64,000 nucleotides of DNA, from the NCBI GenBank assembly GCA_963823735.1, contig CAWGMO010000002.1, positions 2,998,848 through 3,062,847 of the forward strand. The letters are read 5' to 3'. The position numbers and the translations under genes are program-made. A model generated the notes under the pieces. That model was given only the letters and a program-made list of their open reading frames with translations, did not search any database and was not told the origin of the DNA. This document shows, piece after piece, positions 9,179 to 18,867 of the stretch (its first letter is position 1; the number at the start of each line of letters is the position of its first letter). This DNA comes from an uncultured Actinomycetota bacterium. GTDB lineage: Bacteria; Actinomycetota; Actinomycetes; Streptosporangiales; Streptosporangiaceae.

Positions 9179-10590
9179 CCGCCCCGGGCCTCCACGGTCC
9201 GGTCGTCCCCCGGAAAGAGCGCATCGTGGCGAACCGAGGTCTGCTCACCCTGGAGCAGCTACAGGGCGAGATCGACGCGGACCGGATCGACACGGTCCTC
9301 GTCGTCATCACCGACATGCAGGGGCGGCTTCAGGGCAAGCGCCTCTCCGCCCGGTTCTTCATGGAAGAGGTCGCCTCGCACGGCTCGGAGGGCTGCAACT
9401 ACCTCCTCGCGGTCGACATCGACATGAACACCGTCGAGGGCTACGCCATGTCCTCGTGGGAGCGCGGCTACGGCGACTTCGTCATGCGGCCGGACATGAG
9501 CACGCTGCGTCGCGTGCCCTGGCACGAGGGCACCGCGCTGGTCTTCGCCGACCTCGTCTGGGAGGACGGCTCGGACGTCGTCGCGTCCCCCCGCCAGATC
9601 CTGCGCCGCCAGCTCGACCGGCTCACCGAGCGCGGGCTGACGGCCTACGTCGGCACGGAGCTGGAGTTCCTCGTCTTCCAGGACTCCTACGAAGAGGCGT
9701 GGAACCGCCGCTACCAGGGCCTGACCCCGGCGAACCAGTACAACGTCGACTACTCGATCATCGGCACGTCGCGCGTCGAGCCGCTCCTGCGCCGGATCCG
9801 CAACTCGATGGACGGCGCCGGGATGTACGTCGAGTCGGCCAAGGGCGAGTGCAACCTCGGCCAGCACGAGATCGCCTTCCGGTACTCCGACGCGCTGACC
9901 ACGTGCGACAACCACGTCCTCTACAAGACCGGCTCGAAGGAGATCGCCGCCCAGGAGGGCATGTCGATCACCTTCATGGCCAAGCCGAACGAGCGTGAGG
10001 GCAACTCCTGCCACATCCACATCTCGCTGCGGGCCGACGACGGCACGCCGGTGATGTCCGGTGACGGGCCGAACGGCCTGTCGCCGATGGGCGAGCACTT
10101 CATCGCCGGCCAGCTCGCCTGCATGCGCGACTTCACGCTGATGTTCGCGCCCACGATCAACTCCTACAAGCGGTACGCCCCCGGCTCGTTCGCCCCGACC
10201 GCGATCAAGTGGGGCATCGACAACCGCACCTGCGCGCTGCGGCTCGTCGGCGGCTCCGGGCAGTCCCTGCGCATCGAGAACCGCGTCCCGGGCGGCGACG
10301 TCAACCCGCACCTGGCCGTGGCCGCGCTCGTCGCCGCCGGCCTGCACGGCATCGACAACGAGCTGACCCTGGAGGAGGCGTACGGCGGCAACGCCTACGA
10401 CTCCGGCGCCGACCAGGTACGGCCGACGCTCCGCGCGGCGCATGAGGACTGGAAGGCCAGCGACCTCGCCCGCGAGACGTTCGGCGAGGAGGTCGTGGAC
10501 CACTACGCGAACAACGCCCGCGTCGAGCTCGACGCCTTCGACCGCGCGGTGACCGACTGGGAGATGTTCCGCGGCTTCGAGCGCATCTGA
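9157..10590 (+). CDS. glutamine-synthetase-like gamma-glutamyl-amine synthetase (GlnA2/3/4, PuuA-like)
   Basis: GS beta-grasp plus catalytic domain: GKRLSARFF, NYLLAVDIDMN, VGTELEFLVF, CNLGQHEIAF, EGNSCHIHISL, SYKRYAPGSFAPT, NRTCALRLV, ENRVPGGDVNPHLA. The start is uncertain: TTG 9130 (track), ATG 9157 or GTG 9226. Confidence 0.85.
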   Translation: MVEKQTIAAPGLHGPVVPRKERIVANRGLLTLEQLQGEIDADRIDTVLVVITDMQGRLQGKRLSARFFMEEVASHGSEGCNYLLAVDIDMNTVEGYAMSSWERGYGDFVMRPDMSTLRRVPWHEGTALVFADLVWEDGSDVVASPRQILRRQLDRLTERGLTAYVGTELEFLVFQDSYEEAWNRRYQGLTPANQYNVDYSIIGTSRVEPLLRRIRNSMDGAGMYVESAKGECNLGQHEIAFRYSDALTTCDNHVLYKTGSKEIAAQEGMSITFMAKPNEREGNSCHIHISLRADDGTPVMSGDGPNGLSPMGEHFIAGQLACMRDFTLMFAPTINSYKRYAPGSFAPTAIKWGIDNRTCALRLVGGSGQSLRIENRVPGGDVNPHLAVAALVAAGLHGIDNELTLEEAYGGNAYDSGADQVRPTLRAAHEDWKASDLARETFGEEVVDHYANNARVELDAFDRAVTDWEMFRGFERI

Positions 10591-10620
10591 GCCCCCGCCC
10601 CCACACACCGAGGGAGAACC

Positions 10621-11988
10621 TTGCCTGACTACAAGGTGATCAATCCGGCGACGGAGGAGGTCGTCGAGGCCGTCCCCATGGCGAGCGCCGAGGACGTCGA
10701 CGCCGCGGTCGCGCGCGCCTCCGCGGCGTACGCGACCTGGCGGAACGTCGCGCCCGGCGACCGGGCACGGCTCCTGCGCGCCTTCGCGGGCAAGATCGAC
10801 GACAACATCGACGAGCTCGCCGACACCGAGGTCGTGGCGGCCGGGCACCCGCTCGGCCAGGCCCGCTGGGAGGCCGGGAACGTCCGCGACGTGCTGATGT
10901 ACTACTCGGCGGCGCCCGAGCGGCTGTTCGGGCGGCAGATCCCGGTGCCGGGCGGCCTCGACGTGACGTTCCAGGAGCCTCTGGGCGTCGTGGGCGTCAT
11001 CGTCCCGTGGAACTTCCCGATGCCCGTCATGGGCTGGGGCATGGCGCCGGCGCTCGCCGCCGGCAACACGGTGATCGTCAAGCCCGCGGAGCTGACCCCG
11101 CTGACCGCGCGCCGCATCGGCGAGCTGGCCCTGGAGGCCGGCATCCCGGAGGGCGTGCTCCAGGTCCTTCCCGGCGAGGGCCCGGTGGCCGGCCGGCGGC
11201 TCGTCGAGCACCCGGACGTCCGCAAGATCGTCTTCACCGGCTCCACGCGCGTCGGCCGCGAGATCATGACGGCCTGCGCGGACGGCGTGAAACGCCTCAC
11301 GCTGGAGCTCGGCGGCAAGAACGCCAACATCGTCTTCGCCGACGCCGACCTGGAGAAGGCCGCCGCCACGGCGCCGTACGCGGTCTTCGACAACGCCGGG
11401 CAGGACTGCTGCGCCCGGTCGCGGATCCTCGTGCAGCGCAGCGCGTACGACCGGTTCATGGAGCTGCTGGAGCCCGCCGTGCGCGGCGTGCGCGTGGGCG
11501 ACCCGCACGCCGAGGAGACCGAGGTCGGGCCGCTGATCAGCGCGGCGCACCGGGAGAAGGTCCGCGGCTACGTCGGCGACGACGTCGCGTTCCGCGGCGA
11601 GTGCCCCGACGGGCCCGGCTTCTGGTTCCCGCCGACCGTGCTCACGGCCGCGGACGAGCCCGATGAGGCGTTCCGGCGCGCCTGGGACGAAGAGGTCTTC
11701 GGCCCGGTCGTGAGCGTGCTGCCCTTCGACGACGAGGCCGACGCCGTACGGATCGCCAACGACACGGCGTACGGCCTGTCCGGGTCGATCTGGACCCGTG
11801 ACGTCGGCCGCGCGCTGCGGCTGGCCCGCGCGGTCGAGGCCGGGAATCTATCCATCAACTCACACTCCGCCGTGCGTTACTGGACACCGTTCGGCGGGTT
11901 CAAGCAGTCCGGGTTCGGCCGCGAGCTGGGGCCGGACGCCCTCGGTGCCTTCACCGAGACCAAGAACGTCTTCATTGCAACAGACTGA
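10621..11988 (+). CDS. NAD(P)-dependent aldehyde dehydrogenase
   Basis: Carries VIVPWNFP, VKPAELTPLTA, FTGSTRVG, LELGGKNANIVF, QDCCARSRILV and EEVFGPV motifs. The active-site Cys and Glu are present. Confidence 0.9.
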   Translation: MPDYKVINPATEEVVEAVPMASAEDVDAAVARASAAYATWRNVAPGDRARLLRAFAGKIDDNIDELADTEVVAAGHPLGQARWEAGNVRDVLMYYSAAPERLFGRQIPVPGGLDVTFQEPLGVVGVIVPWNFPMPVMGWGMAPALAAGNTVIVKPAELTPLTARRIGELALEAGIPEGVLQVLPGEGPVAGRRLVEHPDVRKIVFTGSTRVGREIMTACADGVKRLTLELGGKNANIVFADADLEKAAATAPYAVFDNAGQDCCARSRILVQRSAYDRFMELLEPAVRGVRVGDPHAEETEVGPLISAAHREKVRGYVGDDVAFRGECPDGPGFWFPPTVLTAADEPDEAFRRAWDEEVFGPVVSVLPFDDEADAVRIANDTAYGLSGSIWTRDVGRALRLARAVEAGNLSINSHSAVRYWTPFGGFKQSGFGRELGPDALGAFTETKNVFIATD

Positions 11989-12012
11989 CCTCACCACCGA
12001 TCGGAGGGATCA

Positions 12013-12786
12013 ATGCAACGGTTGCAGGACCGCGTCGCGGTCATCACCGGAGGTGCCAGCGGCATCGGCCTCGCCACCGCGCGCCGCTTCACCGAGGAGG
12101 GCGCGCGCGTCGTCATCGCCGACCTCGACGAGGCCGCCGGAAAGGGTGTCGCCGAGGAGATCGGCGGCCTGTTCGTCCGTACCGACGTCACGAGCGAGGA
12201 CGACGTACGCGCCATGTACGCGTTCGCCGATCAGGCGTACGGCTCGGTCGACATCGCCTTCAACAACGCCGGCATCTCGCCGCCGGACGACGACTCGATC
12301 CTGGAGACCCCCCTCGACGCCTGGCGGCGCGTGCAGGAGGTCAACCTCACCAGCGTGTACCTGTGCTGCAAGTACGCCATCCCGTACATGCGGGCGCAGG
12401 GCAAGGGATCGATCATCAACACGGCGTCGTTCGTCGCGGTCATGGGCGCGGCGACGTCGCAGATCTCCTACACCGCCTCCAAGGGCGGCGTGCTCGCGAT
12501 GTCGCGTGAGCTCGGCGTGCAGTTCGCCCGCGACGGCGTCCGGGTCAACGCGCTGTGCCCGGGGCCGGTGAACACCCCGCTGCTGCAGGAGCTGTTCGCC
12601 AAGGACCCCGAGCGCGCCGCGCGCCGTCTCGTGCACATCCCGATGGGCCGTTTCGCCGAGGCCACCGAGATCGCCGCCGCCGCGGCGTTCCTGGCCAGCG
12701 ACGACTCCTCGTTCATGACCGCCTCGGAGTTCCTGGTCGACGGCGGGATCTCGGGCGCCTACGTGACACCGGTCGGTGGTACGTGA
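12013..12786 (+). CDS. SDR-family oxidoreductase
   Basis: Carries TGGASGIG cofactor motif, NNAG, and a catalytic S...YTASK triad. Confidence 0.9.
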   Translation: MQRLQDRVAVITGGASGIGLATARRFTEEGARVVIADLDEAAGKGVAEEIGGLFVRTDVTSEDDVRAMYAFADQAYGSVDIAFNNAGISPPDDDSILETPLDAWRRVQEVNLTSVYLCCKYAIPYMRAQGKGSIINTASFVAVMGAATSQISYTASKGGVLAMSRELGVQFARDGVRVNALCPGPVNTPLLQELFAKDPERAARRLVHIPMGRFAEATEIAAAAAFLASDDSSFMTASEFLVDGGISGAYVTPVGGT

Positions 12787-13481
12787 GCGCGCCCGTCATC
12801 GGCCTGACCACCTACGTCGAGCGTGCGCGGTTCACCGTCTGGGACATGACGACCTCGGTGCTGCCGCACGCCTACGTGGAGTCGGTCGTACGCGCGGGCG
12901 GCCAGCCGGTGCTGCTGCCGCCGGCCGGTGACCCCTCGTCGCTGGTGGGCCGCATCGACGGCCTCGTGCTCACCGGCGGCGGTGACCTGAACCCCTCGCG
13001 GTACGGCGCGGTGCGGCACGACCGGATCGGGTACGTCCGCGACTTCCGCGACGAGGCGGAGCTGGCGCTGGTCCGCGCCGCCCTCGACCGCGACCTGCCG
13101 GTGTTCGGCATCTGCCGCGGCCTGCAGGTCCTCAACGTCGCGCTCGGCGGGACCCTCCTCCAGCACCTGCCGGACATCGTCGTGGGCGGCAGCCGCCACA
13201 GCCACCGGCCGGGGCACCACAACCGGTTCCCGGTGAGCGTCGCGGACGGCTCGCGGCTGGCCAAGGCCCTGGGCGGCCAGACCATCGTCGTGCCGCACTA
13301 CCACCACCAGGCCATCGACCGTCTCGGTACCGGGCTGACCGCGTCCGCGTGGTCCGACGACGGGGTCATCGAGGGCGCCGAGATCGAGGACCATCCCTTC
13401 GCCATCGGCGTGCAGTGGCACCCGGAGGCGGACGCGGACACCTCGCTGTTCGCGGCGCTGGTCGAGGCCGCCGGCGCATAA
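12783..13481 (+). CDS. gamma-glutamyl-gamma-aminobutyrate hydrolase family protein (PuuD-like, peptidase C26 / class-I GATase), copy 1
   Basis: Carries PVIGLTTY, LVLTGGGDLNPSRYG, the nucleophile elbow FGICRGLQVLNVALGGTL, and GVQWHPE. The GTG start overlaps the SDR stop (GTGA). Confidence 0.85.
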   Translation: MSAPVIGLTTYVERARFTVWDMTTSVLPHAYVESVVRAGGQPVLLPPAGDPSSLVGRIDGLVLTGGGDLNPSRYGAVRHDRIGYVRDFRDEAELALVRAALDRDLPVFGICRGLQVLNVALGGTLLQHLPDIVVGGSRHSHRPGHHNRFPVSVADGSRLAKALGGQTIVVPHYHHQAIDRLGTGLTASAWSDDGVIEGAEIEDHPFAIGVQWHPEADADTSLFAALVEAAGA

Positions 13482-13573
13482 TCCCCGGCCCCTGGTCAGG
13501 GCAGGTTCAAGCTTCGGTCTCGCGGAGATCATGTCGGCCGGGCGCGGCGGCGCGCCGCGCTTACATCGGCACC

Positions 13574-14302
13574 GTGACCGAGCGAAGCGACCAGGCCGGC
13601 AGACCGGTGATCGGCGTCAGCGCGTACGCCGAACGGGCCCGCTGGGCGGCATGGGACATGCCCGCCAGCGTGGTACCCCAGCGTTATCTCGACAAGGTGC
13701 TCGCCGCGGGCGGAATCCCGGTGGTCCTGCCCGCGGTACCCGGCGTCGCCGATGTCCTGCCGCTGCTCGACGGCCTGATGCTCGTCGGCGGCGGCGACGT
13801 CGACCCCGTACGGTACGGCGCGGTCCCGCACCCGAGGACCGCGCGTATCGTGCCCGTACGCGACGTCGCGGAGCTGGCGATGATCCGTGAGGCGATGCGG
13901 CTCCGGCTGCCCGTCCTGGGCATCTGCCGGGGGATGCAACTGCTCAACACCCTCCTCGGCGGCACCCTCCACCAGCACGTACCGGACGTCGTCGGGCACG
14001 AGGGGCACGCGCACGACGACGCGAGGTTCGCCCGCCACGCCGTGCACGTCCAGCCCGGCACCCGCCTCGCGCGCACCGTGGGCCGTACGCCGCTGGACGT
14101 CATGAGCCTCCACCACCAGGCGATCGAGAGCCTGGGCGCGGGTCTGGTCGCGACGGCGTGGTCCGACGACGGGCTGATCGAGGCCGTCGAGCTGGACGGC
14201 CACCCGTACACGGTCGGCGTGCAGTGGCATCCGGAGGCCGACGAGGACGTGAGCCTGTTCAGGGGCCTGGTGGACGCCGCCGTGGCGGTTCCCGCGGGCT
14301 GA
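13574..14302 (+). CDS. gamma-glutamyl hydrolase family protein (PuuD-like), copy 2
   Basis: Paralogue of the preceding gene: PVIGVSAY, LMLVGGGDVDPVRYG, LGICRGMQLLNTLLGGTL, GVQWHPE. GTG start at 13574. Confidence 0.85.
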   Translation: MTERSDQAGRPVIGVSAYAERARWAAWDMPASVVPQRYLDKVLAAGGIPVVLPAVPGVADVLPLLDGLMLVGGGDVDPVRYGAVPHPRTARIVPVRDVAELAMIREAMRLRLPVLGICRGMQLLNTLLGGTLHQHVPDVVGHEGHAHDDARFARHAVHVQPGTRLARTVGRTPLDVMSLHHQAIESLGAGLVATAWSDDGLIEAVELDGHPYTVGVQWHPEADEDVSLFRGLVDAAVAVPAG

Positions 14303-14397
14303 GGGTGGTGCGGGCCGTACCCCTGATCGCCGTGGTGCCACGATCGACCTGGCAGGCGCCCTTTCACGACCATTGAGGCATTCCCGAATCCCCGGAG

Positions 14398-15648
14398 GTG
14401 TCCTCGATGCGCAGGTACCCTGCCGCCGTCGCGCTCGCGTGCGCGGCACTCGCGGCGACGGCCGTCCCTTCCCTCGCCACGTCCCGTTCCGCGCCGCACG
14501 CGGCGGCCACGCCGAAGGCTCCCGCGCGGCTGAGCCTGCCCGCGCCGGGCGGCCCGCACGCCGTCGGAACGGTGGCGCTGCACCTGGCCGACCGTTCGCG
14601 CCGCGACCCCTGGGTGGCGTCGCGGCCGTACCGGGAGCTGATGGTCAGCGCCTACTACCCGGCACGCGACACCGCGCGGTACCCGGTCGCGCCGCAGATG
14701 ACGGCGGGCGCGGCGAAGCACTTCGACGCGTCGCTCGGCACTCCCGTGCTCCAGGGCCTCGGCATCCCGCCCGGCACGGTCGACTGGGCCGCCACGCGCA
14801 CCCACGCCCACCTGGGGGCGCCCGCCGAGAGCGGCCGTCACCCCGTGATCCTCTACTCGCCGGGCCTCGGCGACCCGCGCACGCTCGGCACCTCCCTCGC
14901 CGAGGACCTGGCCTCACGCGGGTACGTCGTCGTCACGGTCGACCACACCTACGAGGCGTCGGAGGTGGAGTTCCCCGGCGGACGGGTCGAGCCGTTCCGC
15001 ATGCCGCTCACCGGCGACGTGCTCGCGACGCTGCGTAAGGCCGTGGACGTACGCGTCGCGGACACGAGGTTCGTGATCGGCGCGCTGCGGGGGCTCGCGA
15101 CCGGCCACGACCCGGACGCCGACGGACGCCCGCTGCCCGACGGCCTCGCCGCCGCCACCGACACCGGCCGCATCGGGATGTACGGCCACTCGGCGGGCGG
15201 GTTCACCGCGCTACAGACGATGAGCGAGGACCCGCGCGTACTCGCCGCCGCCGACATGGACGGCACCGTCGGCTTCGACCAGGACGACGGCGGCCCCGGC
15301 CTGTCGCCGCTAGCCGAGAAGGGCCTGCGCAAGCCGTTCCTGCTGATGGGGAGCCAGCCGAGCGACCACCACACCGTACGGTCGTGGGAGGCGCTCTGGG
15401 CGAACAGCCGGGGCTGGCACCACGACCTCCACCTGCGCGGCGCGCAGCACCACTCCTACACCGACCTGGAGTCGCTGGTCCCGGGGATGGGCCTGCCGTC
15501 CCCGGCCTCGGTCATCGGCTGGGCCGACCCCGTACGCGCCGTCGCCGGTCAGCGCGCGTACCTGACGGCCTTCTTCGACCGCTGGCTGCGCGGCCACGGC
15601 TCCGGCCTGCCGCCCCGCGACTCCTCCGGCTTCACTCCCGTCGCCTGA
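14398..15648 (+). CDS. secreted alpha/beta hydrolase (PAF-acetylhydrolase/lipase-like)
   Basis: Signal peptide MRRYPAAVALACAALAATAVPSLA, nucleophile elbow GMYGHSAGGFTA, and a dienelactone/PAF-AH-like layout. Confidence 0.7.
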   Translation: MSSMRRYPAAVALACAALAATAVPSLATSRSAPHAAATPKAPARLSLPAPGGPHAVGTVALHLADRSRRDPWVASRPYRELMVSAYYPARDTARYPVAPQMTAGAAKHFDASLGTPVLQGLGIPPGTVDWAATRTHAHLGAPAESGRHPVILYSPGLGDPRTLGTSLAEDLASRGYVVVTVDHTYEASEVEFPGGRVEPFRMPLTGDVLATLRKAVDVRVADTRFVIGALRGLATGHDPDADGRPLPDGLAAATDTGRIGMYGHSAGGFTALQTMSEDPRVLAAADMDGTVGFDQDDGGPGLSPLAEKGLRKPFLLMGSQPSDHHTVRSWEALWANSRGWHHDLHLRGAQHHSYTDLESLVPGMGLPSPASVIGWADPVRAVAGQRAYLTAFFDRWLRGHGSGLPPRDSSGFTPVA

Positions 15649-15654
15649 GGCGGA

Positions 15655-15683
15655 CGGCCGGCCCCGCGTTCCGGGGCCGGCCG
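15655..15683 (+). terminator. GC-rich hairpin (12-bp stem CGGCCGGCCCCG / CGGGGCCGGCCG, 5-nt loop), likely an intrinsic terminator
   Basis: Perfect stem 7 nt after the hydrolase stop codon. There is no U-tract, which is common in actinobacteria. Confidence 0.55.
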
Positions 15684-15832
15684 CTACGGAACGACGACAG
15701 CCGAGACCGCCGGCCCGGCGAGGACTCCGGCGACACCCAATCGGGGGTTCCAGAGGTCGTCCCCCTGGGTGGATACGGCCCGGCCGCTATCGCCCGGTCG
15801 GACACGCTGCTAGCCTGGCGGAAGCCGTTGAT

Positions 15833-16012
15833 CCCACGCGGGAGAGGCCTTCGCCGCCAGCGAAGGCCGCCGAAGGAGCAACTCCTCCCCGGAACCTCTC
15901 AGGCGCACGAACCGCGCGGACCAGGCGACCTCTGGAAAGCGGAGCCGATGCTCCCGCCGAAGGTGCAAGCCCCCTTACCGGGGGTGAAGCTCTCAGGCAC
16001 CGATGACAGAGG
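15833..16012 (+). promoter_or_regulatory. tandem glycine riboswitch (two aptamers)
   Basis: Aptamer 1 reads GGGAGAGGCC...GCCGAAGGAGCAACUCC...CUCUCAGGCGCA...GGAC. Aptamer 2 reads CUCUGGAAAGCGGAG...GCCGAAGGUGCAAGCCC...CUCUCAGGCACCGAUGACAGAGG. Both carry the conserved ACCGAAGGnGCAA and CUCAGGC cores. It sits directly upstream of gcvT; an AAGGAG ribosome-binding site precedes ATG 16092. Confidence 0.8.
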
Positions 16013-16091
16013 GGGAGGCGCCGACGCCGCACATGGCGCGCCGGTGGGACGATAGGTCCCCGGCCAGCCCGCGTATAAGGAGCCTGCCCTG

Positions 16092-17194
<1,103 letters not shown>

Positions 17195-17198
<4 letters not shown>

Positions 17199-17584
17199 GC
17201 AACGTCCCCGAGACGCTTTCCTACACCGAGGAGCACGAGTGGATCACCCAGCCGTCCGACGGCGTGGTGACCATCGGGATCACCGCCTACGCCGCCGAGG
17301 CGCTCGGTGACATCGTGTACATCTCGCTGCCGCAGGAAGGCGCGTCGGTCGAGGCCGGGGAGCCGTGCGGCGAGGCCGAGTCGACCAAGTCGGTGAGCGA
17401 TGTCTACGCCCCGGTGTCGGGCGAGATCGTGGCCGTGAACAGCGCCGCCGAGGAGGACCCCGCGGTCCTCAACACCGACCCGTACGGTGAGGGCTGGCTG
17501 TTCAAGATCCGCACCACCGCCGACGACCCTTCCGGCGACCTGCTCGACGCCCAGGCGTACTCCAAGCTCATCGAGGAGGCCTGA
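17195..17584 (+). CDS. gcvH: glycine cleavage system H protein (lipoyl carrier)
   Basis: YTEEHEWI...[19 protein letters not shown]...[18 protein letters not shown] contains the lipoyl-lysine motif. A GTGA overlap joins it to gcvT. Confidence 0.95.
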
Positions 17585-17585
17585 C

Positions 17586-18854
17586 ATGAACCTCACGAAC
17601 GCCCCTCTCACCGAGGTCGACCCGGAGGTGGCCGCGGCCATCGCCGGCGAGCTGAACCGCCAGCAGACGACCCTTGAGATGATCGCCTCGGAGAACTTCG
17701 CACCGCTGGGAGTCCTGGAGGCCCAGGGCTCGGTGATGACGAACAAGTACGCCGAGGGGTACCCGGGCCGCCGCTACTACGGCGGCTGCGAGTTCGTCGA
17801 CGTCACCGAGAAGCTCGCGATCGAGCGGGCGCTCGCGCTGTTCGCGCCCGACTCGCCGGAGATCCGGGCGAACGTCCAGCCGCACTCGGGCGCGCAGGCC
17901 AACATCGCGGTCTACTTCGCGCTGTTGCAGCCCGGCGACACGATCCTGGGCCTGGACCTCGCCAACGGCGGGCACCTGACCCACGGCATGAAGATCAACT
18001 ACTCCGGCAAGATGTTCAACGTCGCCGCCTACCACGTGGGCGAGGACGGCCTCGTGGACATGGACGAGGTCTCACGGCTGGCGCACGAGCACCGGCCGAA
18101 GATGATCGTCGCCGGCTGGTCCGCGTACCCGCGCCACCTCGACTTCGCCGCCTTCCGCCGCGTCGCCGACGAGACCGGCGCGCTGCTCATGGTGGACATG
18201 GCGCACTTCGCCGGGCTCGTCGCCTCGGGCCTGCACCCGTCTCCGGTCCCGTACGCCGACATCGTCACGACGACCACGCACAAGACGCTGTGCGGGCCGC
18301 GCGGCGGGCTGATCCTGTGCCGCGAGGAGTACGCGAAGAAGATCAACTCCGCGGTGTTCCCCGGCACGCAGGGCGGACCGCTGGAGCACGTCATCGCGGC
18401 CAAGGCCGTCGCGCTGAAGATCGCCGCGTCCGACGAGTTCGCCGAGCGTCAGCGCCGTACGGTCGAGGGCGCGCGGATCCTCGCCGAGCGGCTGCTGCGC
18501 GAGGACTCCGCCAAGGCCGGCGTGAAGGTGCTGACCGGCGGCACGGACGTCCACCTCGTACTGGTCGACCTCGTCGACTCCGAGCTGACCGGCCAGAACG
18601 CCGAGGACCGCCTCCACGAGATCGGCATCACGGTCAACCGCAACGCGGTGCCGAACGACCCCCGCCCGCCGATGGTGACCTCCGGTCTCCGCATCGGCAC
18701 CCCCGCCCTCGCGACCCGAGGGTTCCAGGCCGACGACTTCGCCGAGGTCGCCGACATCATCGCGCTGGCGCTGCAGCCGTCCTACGACGCCGCGGCGCTG
18801 TCCGTCCGGGTACGCGAGCTCGCCGACCGGCACCCGCTGTACCCCAGTCTGTGA
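17586..18854 (+). CDS. glyA: serine hydroxymethyltransferase
   Basis: [25 protein letters not shown], the PLP-lysine region [14 protein letters not shown], and [16 protein letters not shown] at 17586. Confidence 0.95.
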   Translation: MNLTNAPLTEVDPEVAAAIAGELNRQQTTLEMIASENFAPLGVLEAQGSVMTNKYAEGYPGRRYYGGCEFVDVTEKLAIERALALFAPDSPEIRANVQPHSGAQANIAVYFALLQPGDTILGLDLANGGHLTHGMKINYSGKMFNVAAYHVGEDGLVDMDEVSRLAHEHRPKMIVAGWSAYPRHLDFAAFRRVADETGALLMVDMAHFAGLVASGLHPSPVPYADIVTTTTHKTLCGPRGGLILCREEYAKKINSAVFPGTQGGPLEHVIAAKAVALKIAASDEFAERQRRTVEGARILAERLLREDSAKAGVKVLTGGTDVHLVLVDLVDSELTGQNAEDRLHEIGITVNRNAVPNDPRPPMVTSGLRIGTPALATRGFQADDFAEVADIIALALQPSYDAAALSVRVRELADRHPLYPSL

Positions 18855-18867
18855 TGGGTGATCCCCG

